58,981 nt of DNA from a virus (lineage: Duplodnaviria; Caudoviricetes). Positions 18,801 to 28,038 of this stretch are shown one piece after another (the first letter of the stretch is position 1; each line of letters begins with the position of its first letter). Where the stretch lies: the IMG/VR virus record IMGVR_UViG_3300035670_000238, positions 1 to 58,981 of that record. The stretch is one strand, 5' to 3'. The position numbers were made by a program, and so were the translations under genes. The notes below the pieces were generated by a model. It had not been told where the DNA came from. It did not search any database and was given only the letters and a program-made list of their open reading frames with translations.

Positions 18801-21800
18801 ATGGTTCGTCTACAACAATCCCGCTGCGCCGCAAGTCACGGCGCTCAAGAACGCTCTGAAGCGGGTCGTCAACTACGACACCGCCAAGCTGCCGCCTAAG
18901 GCAGCAGAAGTGCAGACCGTGCTCAAGCGCACGCTCGCAGGCGAGTCGCCCACCGCCGAACTCGACGCAGTGCTGGAACTCATCTCCTACGGCAACACGC
19001 TCAACGACTTCCGTCGTGCACTGCAACAAATGGAGAGCGACGCTCCTCGCACGTTCGTCAAATTTGCCAACGATGTCCTGCAAACCATCTACGCTCTGGT
19101 GCAGCGTATGTTGGGTGTACGGCAGACAGTGGCCCGTGACGTCATCGACAACACCTTCCAGCTTCTCGAAGCCGCTCGTGCGGCAGAGCAGACTGCTGCA
19201 CCGCAGGGTAATGTCCTGCGAATTGATACAAATACGTCTGCGTTTAAGAGATGGTTTGGTAGTAGCAAAGTCGTAGGCGACGACGGTAAGCCCTTGGTTG
19301 TGTACCACGGCACAACAAAGTCGTTTGATACTTTTTCTGAGACGGCCAAATCAACTAGCGGTGCTTATCACGGCAAAGGTTTTTATTTTGCTAGCGCTGA
19401 CCATGCATCTGATTTTGCAACTATTGAGAACGGCAATGTTGTTCCAGTCTATCTAAGAATGGAAAATCCGTTTGTTGGAGAACTTACCGAAAAAGACATT
19501 GCCACTCTGCAAGAACAAATGCCTGAGTTTGAGCAGGCATACCAAAGATATTTGCAAGAAGAAGGGGCTGACGCGCCTATACCAGAAATCGAGCGGTTGG
19601 GTGTGCTTTCAGGCGATCGGAATAACTTCATTCAAAAAGCGTTAAAAACCGCTGGATATGATGGCCGCATCGTCAAGTTTGCTAAGAATGATTCTTTAAC
19701 TAACTACGATACCGAGTTCGTTGTATTCGATCCAACACAGATAAAGTCTGTGTTCAACCAAGGCACGTTCGATCCTACTACTGGCAATATCCTCCAAGCC
19801 GCAGTACAGACCAACCGCGATACGCAGGCCGCAGCAGGCATCACGGCAACGGACTACCGCAACTTCACCAAGACGACGATGCCGAGCCTCTTGAGCTGGC
19901 AGTTTGCGTTTGATGCCCTCGGCTGGCAAAAGGGCGCTACGAAGTTCTCGGAGAACGCGACCAAGATTGCTGATCGGATCCGGCAAGACTTCCCGGCTGC
20001 TACTCGCTGGCTGACGTACGTCAATTCGCGGTTCAACGTGGCTCAGAAACCCAGCGAGCTGATGGATCAGTTCAAGCTTGATAAGAACACCGGCTATTCG
20101 TTCATGGAAGTGCTGGTCAACCAAGTCGAGTCTAGGCCCGGCACTGAGGCTAAGGCGATCTTTGATTACCTAGACGGTAAACGGGATGCGCTCGATAACC
20201 TACCCGGTGCGAATAAGCTGAAGATGCTGGCCGACAAGGTCAAGGACTTCCTGAACATCTACATCGCAGAATTGCCACCGTCTGATCGCGCGTTCTTCGA
20301 GCGTACGAAGTTCTCTGAGTCGCTTCTCTTTGCAAGCCGCACAAGCCAAGTCGCGACTCATCGCTTTGGTTCCCGTGATGTTAACGAGCTGATCGGTATG
20401 GAGCGCCGAGGCGAGCCTTCGCTCGAAGGATTCAAGGCGGCAGGGTGGCTTAACACCAACAAAGATGGAGATGTCGTACTTGACGGCACGTTCTACCAAG
20501 TTGTGCAGAAGGCTGCTGACTCAAACACCATCACACCACAGGGCTTCATAAGCAGCGAGATCTTCGAGAAGAACGGTGCGCCGCTAGGTTTTCAGGTCGA
20601 CACCACCCGTCAGTGGCGCATCCGCAAGTACGATCGTGGCTATCAGTTCTACTCCAACATGACGGCTCAGCAAGCCTTTGCTGAGAACCGGGTCACTGAT
20701 CTTGCCAACGCCATGCGGAACACCATGGCAGCACTGGCCAACAACTACGCTTCGAAGAACTTTTCGTCAGCAGCCGCTACGCTGGGTCAGGTCGACAACA
20801 AGCCGACGGCTGAGTCAATTGCGTTCGACAGCCTCGACCAGATCAACGAAGTGTTTGGTTGGTCGCCTGATGCTAGCCAAGTGCTTAAAGTCTCAGAGGG
20901 TGAGGCCCGCACTCCGTTGATCCGCAACGATTACCGGTCATCGAATACGTGGGTCAAGCTGCCGGACTCCAAGAACTATGGAGACCTTGCAGGCAAGTAC
21001 ATGCCGGGTCCCGTATGGAGCGCGATGACTGATATGTCAGACCGGCAACCGCTCGTGCCGGTCCGCACGTACAACAACACGATGCGTTGGTTCAAGAAGT
21101 CGAAGACGGTCTATAACCCCGGCACGCATATCACGAATATTGCCTCCAACATTACGCTGGCCATGATGCACGACATCCCGCTCAGCACGATCGGCAAGGC
21201 TACGGCGTTGTACACGAAGTACCAACTGCGTCCTGACAGCCTCACCCGAGCCGAACTCTCGCTTGTGTCAGAGTTCATGTCGTCAGGTGCCATGCTGGGT
21301 GACTATTCCAGCATTGAGGTCAAGCAAGCCATCTACGACGCATGGCGCAAAAACATGAAGCCTGATAGCGATACCAGTCTTCTGAAACGCCTCAGCGCGT
21401 TTACTGGGTACGAGAAAAGCAAGGCTGAAGCAGGCGTCGCGCTAGCTGCACGTGGTGTTCGCAAAATCGACCAGATCGCTACCGAGTTGTACGCAGCCGA
21501 GGACAACGTGTTCCGCCTTGCTGCGTTCATGAAGAAAGTCGGTGAGTTGCAGGAGCGGGATAAGGCCGCGACGCCGTCAGAGCAGAACATCAAAGACGGG
21601 GCCAAATTTGCACGCGAAGCGTTCCTTGACTACGACATCGACTCCAAAGCGGTTAGGGTTTTGCGTCAGTCAGTGATGCCGTTTGTGTCGTGGACCTACG
21701 CGATCATGCCGGTGCTCGGCCGCATCGCCCTATACCAGCCGTGGAAGCTCGTCAATGTGCTGACAGCATACTACCTGCTGGATGTTGCGCTGAGTGCCAT

Positions 21801-22494
21801 GGCAGGCGGCGATGATGAGGAAACCCGCAAGAAAGGTCCCGAGTGGGTGCGCGATCGTATGTTCGGCGTTGGTCCGTATATGAACATCCGCATCCCGTTT
21901 ATGGGCGACGACCAGAACCCGGTCTACTACCGCCTCGGCGACTACGTGCCGCTTGCCTCTTCGACCAAGGGCTTGCCCAACGGATTCATGGGGCAGTCGT
22001 GGATCCCGCAAGCGCTCACGCCGGGAGGTCCGTTCGTATCTGCAATCCTTGGATGGGTGGGTGGCGTTGATCCGTACACCGGCAAAGACATCCACAAAAA
22101 GACCGATACTGACTTTGACAAGCTATGGAACATCACCAAGTTCACGTATGATTTAGCGATGCCCCCCGCCGTGTCTAGCCGTCAGATTACCAAGGTGCAG
22201 GACATCATGGATGAGAAGCGCGGCGTGACGGGTGTATTGCCCAGTGGGTTGCCGCTGGCCCGCAGCTTTGGTATGAAGTTCTATGACTACAATGTCGCGG
22301 AGTCAGAAGCTGTTCAGTCGATGGTTGCCAAGCGTATCGAGCGAGAGTTCAAAGATGAGATCCGCAAGCTTCGTCGGGATGAAATGCGCAAAGGTACGCC
22401 AGACTTCGAGGGTCTCAACGATGCAATCCAGCGGCTTGAGAAGCGCATGCGTGATGAGATAACCAAAGCCCGAGGGGGCGAGAGAGAAGAGTAA
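15892..22494 (+). CDS. Giant polyvalent internal virion protein (HExxH metallopeptidase + ART-like domain + C-terminal large polyvalent domain)
   Basis: 2200 aa; ALHEALHG; FKRWFG.SKVV..DGKPLVVYHGT...GKGFYF...PVYL..ENP...GYDG...VVFDPTQIKS. Confidence 0.85.
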   Translation: MAVYSIDDVRQQMPEEFRSLGDIELLQAYSRNVGLPFEQVADYFGTRPRGTAAEAGRQFVGGLVSGVPRMAGMAAQAFSEPGRPLYELGAQAREFGERQGLRYEPDLRGRGLLGEAVVEGARGLGEAAPVIGSAFIPGVGLYAAPTAAAALFGGSSYQEAYERVLRDTGDPEAARAAATQVGAIQGVGEAAATVATVGLGRAVRPLLPGARTTTEVAEQMTRPGVAAPFARAYATNLAVQPATEVIQDISSEYVQRQYGAAPEDMGGIARESAIGGFGMALLLGPVQFGNAYQRAQRADSLRQALDPASTEPLQKKMQAFELVRAEAQRAGVPEADARQWFDTQIAREGDLISKQVRLEEAAQRLQSWQDAVAQGDTRTAQSLQDELKTAQWLAPDEQERVQKDFLTAYNQPSGISVTATAPDGTPSSRELTMGELLTRRQEQEAGGIDLMGMTGPATGATQQAAVLLGELTQTQAPATTAPTTPRTATGIDLTGRGTPMLLRPESVTTAAPGVYNVPGAPGVMTTELPAPLQPGTTAAPTVGLEAGRTARRALPGNITEVSPGVFQVPETPQQIETGANVPPVNLVSPVSGPSGVTPSAGSPAAVPPAAGVSSTAPTPSAPPVAPVVETKGKKAKKAKVVPAETPAEGGPANVSDAIKEDAEIENLRKQIEQEDIKADKLFAEVQGATRKAPGRPSLPTQVYAAIRNAILNPKAAVLVRKPKSVERDDALTQQYGEKVKEIAEAMRALGDAYEAYSSQNLVRSDEIIKRGETAEGRIATRAEALQTNAAAVQAALARVGRAVDGNAKDVETIVRFVKDRAQKERSNARAEEADILISRAWAAAKRESFIGEPDLLDVSPAEVRQSREATAKGATPQLVDAVNEGYATMGRGAKQTGLNGLLNYIRTSGTPFERTLAQAIKLAVAGKREVKVEFTADGNPRYDPKTNTIFIEPTSSREVALHEALHGALQWFVYNNPAAPQVTALKNALKRVVNYDTAKLPPKAAEVQTVLKRTLAGESPTAELDAVLELISYGNTLNDFRRALQQMESDAPRTFVKFANDVLQTIYALVQRMLGVRQTVARDVIDNTFQLLEAARAAEQTAAPQGNVLRIDTNTSAFKRWFGSSKVVGDDGKPLVVYHGTTKSFDTFSETAKSTSGAYHGKGFYFASADHASDFATIENGNVVPVYLRMENPFVGELTEKDIATLQEQMPEFEQAYQRYLQEEGADAPIPEIERLGVLSGDRNNFIQKALKTAGYDGRIVKFAKNDSLTNYDTEFVVFDPTQIKSVFNQGTFDPTTGNILQAAVQTNRDTQAAAGITATDYRNFTKTTMPSLLSWQFAFDALGWQKGATKFSENATKIADRIRQDFPAATRWLTYVNSRFNVAQKPSELMDQFKLDKNTGYSFMEVLVNQVESRPGTEAKAIFDYLDGKRDALDNLPGANKLKMLADKVKDFLNIYIAELPPSDRAFFERTKFSESLLFASRTSQVATHRFGSRDVNELIGMERRGEPSLEGFKAAGWLNTNKDGDVVLDGTFYQVVQKAADSNTITPQGFISSEIFEKNGAPLGFQVDTTRQWRIRKYDRGYQFYSNMTAQQAFAENRVTDLANAMRNTMAALANNYASKNFSSAAATLGQVDNKPTAESIAFDSLDQINEVFGWSPDASQVLKVSEGEARTPLIRNDYRSSNTWVKLPDSKNYGDLAGKYMPGPVWSAMTDMSDRQPLVPVRTYNNTMRWFKKSKTVYNPGTHITNIASNITLAMMHDIPLSTIGKATALYTKYQLRPDSLTRAELSLVSEFMSSGAMLGDYSSIEVKQAIYDAWRKNMKPDSDTSLLKRLSAFTGYEKSKAEAGVALAARGVRKIDQIATELYAAEDNVFRLAAFMKKVGELQERDKAATPSEQNIKDGAKFAREAFLDYDIDSKAVRVLRQSVMPFVSWTYAIMPVLGRIALYQPWKLVNVLTAYYLLDVALSAMAGGDDEETRKKGPEWVRDRMFGVGPYMNIRIPFMGDDQNPVYYRLGDYVPLASSTKGLPNGFMGQSWIPQALTPGGPFVSAILGWVGGVDPYTGKDIHKKTDTDFDKLWNITKFTYDLAMPPAVSSRQITKVQDIMDEKRGVTGVLPSGLPLARSFGMKFYDYNVAESEAVQSMVAKRIEREFKDEIRKLRRDEMRKGTPDFEGLNDAIQRLEKRMRDEITKARGGEREE

Positions 22495-22748
22495 TGGCGA
22501 AGACTCCAGCATGGCAACGCAAAGAAGGCCAAAGTCCCTCTGGTGGTTTGAATGCCAAAGGGCGCGCCAGCTACAACAAGGCGAACCCGGGGAAACCGGG
22601 GCTCAAAGCTCCGCAACCGGAAGGTGGTCCGCGCCGGGATTCATTCTGTGCCCGGATGACAGGCATGAAGAAGAAGCTGACTTCGGCGAAGACAGCGAAA
22701 GATCCCAATAGCCGCATCAACAAAGCCCTGCGGGCGTGGAAGTGCTGA
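22494..22748 (+). CDS. Small basic protein (DUF6321-like)
   Basis: AWQRKEG..PSGGLNAKGRASYN...RR.SFCARM...DPNSRINKALRAWKC. Confidence 0.85.
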   Translation: MAKTPAWQRKEGQSPSGGLNAKGRASYNKANPGKPGLKAPQPEGGPRRDSFCARMTGMKKKLTSAKTAKDPNSRINKALRAWKC

Positions 22749-22749
22749 C

Positions 22750-22926
22750 ATGGCTACATCACCCAAACCTAGCAATCCGGCGCTTTGGAGCCGTGTAAAG
22801 GCGGAAGCCAAACGCAAGTTTGACGTGTACCCCAGTGCCTATGCAAACGCATGGGCTTCAAAAGAGTACAAGAAGCGAGGCGGTTCTTGGTCTGGCCCTG
22901 ACAACCGGGTGAAGAAGAATGGCTAA
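22750..22926 (+). CDS. Small basic protein, 58 aa (not in ORF track)
   Basis: P.NPALWSRVKAEAKRKFDVYPSAYANAW..KEYKKRGG; tightly packed between neighbours. Confidence 0.8.
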   Translation: MATSPKPSNPALWSRVKAEAKRKFDVYPSAYANAWASKEYKKRGGSWSGPDNRVKKNG

Positions 22927-23155
22927 GGGCGGGCTCGGCAAGTGGTTCGGTGAGAAGTGGGTCGACGTGAAGACCGGCAAAGAGTGCGGGCGCTCTGGTT
23001 CCGAGAAGTCTGCCCGGGGTTACCCTGCCTGCCGTCCACAACAAGCTGCGAAGAAAATGTCAGCGGCCGAGAAAAAAGCAATATCAGCTAAGAAGACTGG
23101 TCCTGCTCGACAGTCGTGGCCAGTAAGTCCCTCTGGTAAACGAAAGGGTAAGTGA
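22919..23155 (+). CDS. Small basic protein (DUF5872-like)
   Basis: GL.KWF.EKWVDVKTGKECGR...YPACRP. Confidence 0.8.
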   Translation: MAKGGLGKWFGEKWVDVKTGKECGRSGSEKSARGYPACRPQQAAKKMSAAEKKAISAKKTGPARQSWPVSPSGKRKGK

Positions 23156-23331
23156 TGGCTAAAAACTGGATCAAATCTGCAATCAAGAAGCCCGGTGCGC
23201 TTCGTGCGTCGCTGGGTGTAAAGAAAGGTGAGAAGATTTCTGCACCGACTCTTGCCAAGGCTGCCAAGGCCCCGGGTAAGATGGGTCAACGCGCGCGTCT
23301 CGCTCAGACGCTTAGGTCTTTCAAAAGGTGA
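23155..23331 (+). CDS. Small basic protein, 58 aa (not in ORF track)
   Basis: TGATG coupling; KNWIKSAIKKPGALRASLGVKKGEKI...GQRARLAQTL. Confidence 0.8.
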   Translation: MAKNWIKSAIKKPGALRASLGVKKGEKISAPTLAKAAKAPGKMGQRARLAQTLRSFKR

Positions 23332-23336
23332 CCGCG

Positions 23337-23483
23337 ATGATGAAGAAGACGATGCTCTTCAAGGGCAAAGAGTCGAAGAAAGAAGAACGTATGGAAAAGA
23401 AAGCTGCAGGTTCTAAGGCAGCCTACGCTAAAATGGAGCGTGCCGAGGGCAAGAAATCAACTTCAATGCGCAAAAAGGGGTGA
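23337..23483 (+). CDS. Lys-rich 48-aa protein (not in ORF track)
   Basis: AGGTG RBS; MMKKTMLFKGKESKKEERMEKK... Confidence 0.65.
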   Translation: MMKKTMLFKGKESKKEERMEKKAAGSKAAYAKMERAEGKKSTSMRKKG

Positions 23484-23488
23484 CCGCC

Positions 23489-23620
23489 ATGATGAAGAAG
23501 CCTATGATGTACGCCGCCAAAGGTGCCAAGAAATCCGCAGCTTTCAAGCCTTGCAAGGGCTGCCCGACTCCGGCCAAGTGCACAAAGATGGGTATGTGCG
23601 CTATGAAGGCCAAGAAGTAA
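23489..23620 (+). CDS. Lys-rich 43-aa protein with four Cys (not in ORF track)
   Basis: GGGGTG RBS; FKPCKGCPTPAKCTKMGMC; last gene of the + arm. Confidence 0.7.
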   Translation: MMKKPMMYAAKGAKKSAAFKPCKGCPTPAKCTKMGMCAMKAKK

Positions 23621-23872
23621 TCAGCGCATCCTCGCACCCTTGGTGCGGGGGAACGACCTGTTAGAACTTGCGGGCACCGCCCGCAAGTTGCCTTTTCCAT
23701 TCCCACCGCCTTTTGCGATCGGTGTCTTGTGGTCGACATCCTTACCGTCGCCTTTACTCACTACGCCTTTGCGTTCCATCTCCCGACGAGCAGCGTTGCG
23801 CATAGCGCGATTACGCTTCTGCTCTGGGGCTGCGTGATATTTGTCGTACTCGGCGCGGTAGTTGCGTGCCAT
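23621..23872 (-). CDS. Small HNH-motif protein
   Basis: GDGKDVDH..P..KGG.N...NLR......NRS; GGAG RBS. Confidence 0.85.
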   Translation of the reverse strand: MARNYRAEYDKYHAAPEQKRNRAMRNAARREMERKGVVSKGDGKDVDHKTPIAKGGGNGKGNLRAVPASSNRSFPRTKGARMR

Positions 23873-23882
23873 GTCGGCGCTC

Positions 23883-26843
23883 CTAAGACTGTCCACCCTG
23901 CAACACCGCGAGCGCTACAGGACTCTGAGGTCTAGCTGTTGTGCTGGTCAGAGCCGCCGCAAAGCGCGGGTGGTTCGCATTGATGATGACGCAGTGCGCT
24001 TGTCCCGGGTTCCGGTTTGCACACCCCTTGAACATAGTAACCCGTTCACGTGCGGCGATCAATGCCGTGGCCTGATCCAACTCGCGGGTCAGCCGCTCGA
24101 CCGAGTCCTTGGTGCGCTGTAGCCACTTCTTGAGCGTTGTGTGGTTGATCGCGATGACGCTACCCGGCATCACTGGTGTGTTGCTATCGTAGACAATCTT
24201 CACCCGCACAACTGCTCGATCGGGTGCAGGCTGCCGCACTTGTTCTTTGCCTGAGCCGTAGACCTCGGTGACCTCGATCATCTGGTCGTTATGTTCCTGC
24301 AAAAACTGGCCGATGATGTCAAATACATCCTGTCTGTTGTCCAGCGTACCCTGCCGGAATGTCTCGACGTGATCAATTAGGTGCTGGGTTGTCGCATCGA
24401 TATCGAACGTGAATAGCCCGAGACGCTGCCCGAGCTTGCCCATGACCCAGCCTGCGATGATAGAAGTCCGGTAGTACCGCTCCTGCGGCTCGAACATGAA
24501 GCCGAACTTGCGCATGAACGCAGCCTCGCCCTTCGTCCATACCTCACGCGGACCGCCCATTGCCAGCACTGCTTCGACAAGTTCGGGGAATGCCCATCCA
24601 TTGTTCTCGGCGAGCAGATCGAAGAACCGGTAGCCGTTGCTGGATCCTGATGCATCGGTCTGGATGAACGTACGATCGTGGTGGTGTAGCTCCATCGTCC
24701 GCGCTTTGAGCGGGTCGTTGTTCGCCTGCACGAGTTCGAACTTCTGGTGAAGCGATATGTTGGTCGTGATCAGCGTCGGTCCATCCCACAGCACCGGTGT
24801 ACGGATCTCACGATCGCGAGTCATTGCCAGCTTCTCACGCCCTTGGCTCAGGTCGTAGGCCAGATTCACGACGTCGTTCTCGTCGGCCGAGGTCAGTTCG
24901 TCGATCGTGCAGGGCAGGTTGTTGAGAACCCCACGTACCTTGAACAGCGCGTTAGCTGTATCGTTCTTGTTCAGGAACAGCTTCTTCGGTGCGCCGATGA
25001 GACTGTTGGCCGCGATGAGCGCCAGTGACTTGCCGGTCGTGGTCTCGGTTGAGTAAATCGACAACACCATCGATGCGTTGCCCGCTGCGGGTCCCAGAAT
25101 GCCTGCGCATGCCACGAGCAGCGCCGAGCGTATCGTCTGCGTACCGGGCTCGTTCAGCATGTCCATAGCCTGCACCCACAGGTCACGTGACCCATGGGGT
25201 TTGATGACGTCAGCGTAGCTCGACGCAGGCCCTCGCAGCCTGCGATCGGTGTGGCCCGTAGGCGACCCCAGCACCCGCTCACCGCACAGGAATGAGCCGT
25301 CTGGCTGCCAGCCGAACGCAACGTAGTCCAGTCCAGTGGGTGCGGCTTTCTGCACCATGGTTAAGTAGTCCATCAAGTAGCCCCTTAGTTTCTCCTGTTG
25401 CCCGATCGCTTTGACGCTGTAGACCTGACGGTGCAGCATGAACGTCGAGAACTCTTTTCCGATCGTAGCGATCACCCCGATGTCGTGGTCTTCTTCTTGC
25501 CACCCGGTCATGGGGTATTTGATCGCCAGCCTGAATGTTGATTTCGTTGTCTGATGGTCTTTGTATATGCCAGTGATATGCATCGGGTAAGGACTGACCA
25601 GTTCCCACTCAACGACTTCTTTGGCAACTTTGTTGCCGTTGGCATCGACCTCCTCGATCTCGGTCTTGATCTCTTTCCACAGCTTCCCATCACGCTCGAC
25701 GTACCCCTTGGGTAGCTCGATCTCAACTTCGCTCCCGTCCTCGACAGTCAGCGTACTGCTGGTGCTGGAGGTCAGTTGTGCAGGGCTTGTGATCTTACCT
25801 TTGTGCGGGCATCCCTTGCACCCATCGGAGCACAACTGCTCGAACTTCGCACACGTCGTGGGGCCGGTTCCTGCCCACGCCGAGAGCTTCGCCATGTTCT
25901 TGTCAAGGTCGAAATCCGGGTGCTTGCCTGCAATCATGATGACTGCCTGCGGCACGTCTACAGCATGCCTTGCGAGCCCCAGCGAAGCCCGCCAGAGCGG
26001 TTCCTCTACATTGCGACCTGCTGCATCCACAACGCCGCCTGACTCCACCAGTGCCCTGACCTGATTGCAGTGCTGGGCCACAACATCCAGCAAAACATCA
26101 TTGGAGTTCAGGACTGCTGCGGAGATCGATGACCGTGCAGCTTTACGGTCAGGCGGCAGAGTCTTTGGGACTTGGTTGAGCCACGGCTTGAGTAAGGTCA
26201 GTAGCGCTACGGGTTCGTAATCAGGGCAATCGAGTTTGCATACTACAGGTTTGTGGGTCGCTTGTTTTTTGTTCATTGTACCCACCGGGCGCAGCACCAT
26301 CGATGGGTCGTGTATCTTGCTTGTGTCGATCAGCACACCTTGCTGCTCTAGTGCCACGCGAAGCGCCATCGACGCCTTGACCCAGTGTGCTTTGGGTATT
26401 GGCTCTGTCATGGGCCAGTAGCAGTGTATGCCGTATCCCGATGACACCACCATGGGCTGAGGCAACCCCAGTGTCTCGATCGCTGTACGCATCGCAGCCC
26501 AGCCTTCTTTCTGCGTGGCATAGGGCTTGTCAGGCCCGATGTCCAGATCGAGAGCGAGAGCCTTGAACCATGTAGCCTGCTCTTGTTTGCGCGAGTAAGC
26601 GGTCTTGCCTTTGTCGTTGGTGTACGAGTGACCGGCGAAGGAACCCACTGTGAAGTAGATCGTGTTGCTCGGGTCTGAATCCCACCGCACCGCTGCATCC
26701 GCAGCGTCTTGCGCATTGCTGAACGACCCACGGTTCCAGAAGAACCCACGCGGGTTCTTGCCCGATGAATCAGGGCGCAGTACGCAGATCAGGGTCTCAT
26801 CACGCTGGGCGGTCACTCTAGTCAAGAAGTCTTTTGTATTCAC
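23883..26843 (-). CDS. Primase-helicase (AEP/RepB-like primase + DUF927-type helicase)
   Basis: LDLDIG, SSGYGIHCYW, VLRPVGT.N, TTC..F....C..CPH, FGWQ, TTTGKS (Walker A), CTIDE (Walker B). Confidence 0.88.
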   Translation of the reverse strand: MNTKDFLTRVTAQRDETLICVLRPDSSGKNPRGFFWNRGSFSNAQDAADAAVRWDSDPSNTIYFTVGSFAGHSYTNDKGKTAYSRKQEQATWFKALALDLDIGPDKPYATQKEGWAAMRTAIETLGLPQPMVVSSGYGIHCYWPMTEPIPKAHWVKASMALRVALEQQGVLIDTSKIHDPSMVLRPVGTMNKKQATHKPVVCKLDCPDYEPVALLTLLKPWLNQVPKTLPPDRKAARSSISAAVLNSNDVLLDVVAQHCNQVRALVESGGVVDAAGRNVEEPLWRASLGLARHAVDVPQAVIMIAGKHPDFDLDKNMAKLSAWAGTGPTTCAKFEQLCSDGCKGCPHKGKITSPAQLTSSTSSTLTVEDGSEVEIELPKGYVERDGKLWKEIKTEIEEVDANGNKVAKEVVEWELVSPYPMHITGIYKDHQTTKSTFRLAIKYPMTGWQEEDHDIGVIATIGKEFSTFMLHRQVYSVKAIGQQEKLRGYLMDYLTMVQKAAPTGLDYVAFGWQPDGSFLCGERVLGSPTGHTDRRLRGPASSYADVIKPHGSRDLWVQAMDMLNEPGTQTIRSALLVACAGILGPAAGNASMVLSIYSTETTTGKSLALIAANSLIGAPKKLFLNKNDTANALFKVRGVLNNLPCTIDELTSADENDVVNLAYDLSQGREKLAMTRDREIRTPVLWDGPTLITTNISLHQKFELVQANNDPLKARTMELHHHDRTFIQTDASGSSNGYRFFDLLAENNGWAFPELVEAVLAMGGPREVWTKGEAAFMRKFGFMFEPQERYYRTSIIAGWVMGKLGQRLGLFTFDIDATTQHLIDHVETFRQGTLDNRQDVFDIIGQFLQEHNDQMIEVTEVYGSGKEQVRQPAPDRAVVRVKIVYDSNTPVMPGSVIAINHTTLKKWLQRTKDSVERLTRELDQATALIAARERVTMFKGCANRNPGQAHCVIINANHPRFAAALTSTTARPQSPVALAVLQGGQS

Positions 26844-26857
26844 GCCGTCCCCTAGAT

Positions 26858-26886
26858 AAAAAACGCCCCGGCCTCACAGCCGGGGC
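26858..26886 (-). terminator. Rho-independent terminator after the SSB gene
   Basis: Minus strand reads GCCCCGGC-tgtgag-GCCGGGGC-GTTTTTT. Confidence 0.85.
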
Positions 26887-26904
26887 ACCGCGACAACGAT
26901 TCTA

Positions 26905-27813
26905 TTACTCGTCGAACAGACTGTCGAGCTTCGCTGCAAGCTCCTCCGAAGCCTTGACCGGCGCTACCGTGGGTTTGGGTTTTGCAGGTGCCGGGGCAGG
27001 AGCCGCCGCTACAGGCGCAGCCTCTTCTTCGTACGCATCATCAACCGCAGGAGCAGGCGCAGGAGCCGCAATCGCCGCAGCCTTGGGAGGTGCAGCCAGA
27101 GCCGGTCCAGCAGCCGACGGTGCGATCTGCCGCGTCGCGACCTTGACAGAGTCACTCTCCAGCAGCGTGTCGACGCGAGCAATTGCTTTCTCCGGCACGT
27201 ATCCTTTCTGCTTGAACGTGATCTTGGGGAACGAGGCCTGATCGTCGAAGCCCAGTTCAGTGATCGCCTCCTCGGGTCCGATGCCGTAGTTGCTGAGTTC
27301 CTTGAAATACTCACGCAGGGCTTTCATGCCTGACACCGGGATCGTGATGCTGTAGACCTTGTTGGGATCCGCAGCCGGTACCACCGCGAGATGCCGCTGG
27401 TCTGCGCACATTTTCGACTTGGCACCCGACGGCAGGATCTTCGAACCCAGCACGTTGTTCGGGCAATCAGCGCAGCTTGTGTGCACGGGCTTCTCGATCG
27501 ATGCATCCGGCCGCAGTCCGTCGTTGGACCAGCAGTCAGGGCGAACATTCTCAGCCGCCTGATCGAACGCTTTGCCGTAGAACACCTTCGACACGCGCGG
27601 GTTGGCACCCACGATGATTGTGTCCAGAGTCGTGCCTACTACAGTCTCTACGCCGTCTTCGACAAGTCGATAACGACCTGCACGAATGCTGATCCGAGGA
27701 ATGCTCGGGCCGTCGTTGACGATCGCTGCGGCGATAGCCGAGCGGGTGCCTGCTTGCTGGCGCGCTGCAATACGCGCTGCAATATGGGCTGGTACGTTTG
27801 CAATAGCACTCAT
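26905..27813 (-). CDS. Putative single-stranded DNA-binding/annealing protein
   Basis: RISIR.GR.R, PDCWS.DG..P, C..CP.N..GS; Pro/Ala-rich linker; acidic C-terminus (LDSLFDE); lies in the replication module. Confidence 0.7.
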   Translation of the reverse strand: MSAIANVPAHIAARIAARQQAGTRSAIAAAIVNDGPSIPRISIRAGRYRLVEDGVETVVGTTLDTIIVGANPRVSKVFYGKAFDQAAENVRPDCWSNDGLRPDASIEKPVHTSCADCPNNVLGSKILPSGAKSKMCADQRHLAVVPAADPNKVYSITIPVSGMKALREYFKELSNYGIGPEEAITELGFDDQASFPKITFKQKGYVPEKAIARVDTLLESDSVKVATRQIAPSAAGPALAAPPKAAAIAAPAPAPAVDDAYEEEAAPVAAAPAPAPAKPKPTVAPVKASEELAAKLDSLFDE

Positions 27814-27824
27814 TGAGTTTCCCC

Positions 27825-28037
27825 TTACTCGTCAGAACCAGAATCCGGCTTGGCCGTTGTTGCGTCTTGTAACTGCATACCTGCACGCATTGCGTTGATA
27901 AGTTCATGCTGCCGTGCGCTGCTTACATCGAAGTGTTGCTCTGCCATATGACGCAGAGCAGCGGTCTTTGACATGGCAGAAACGAGTGCAACAGCATTGC
28001 CATCAGCTTTGTTACGAATGATATAAACACGAGACAT
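27825..28037 (-). CDS. Hypothetical protein, 70 aa
   Basis: AGGAG RBS; MSRVYIIRNK...LV.A.SK.AALRH.A. Confidence 0.7.
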   Translation of the reverse strand: MSRVYIIRNKADGNAVALVSAMSKTAALRHMAEQHFDVSSARQHELINAMRAGMQLQDATTAKPDSGSDE

Positions 28038-28038
28038 C

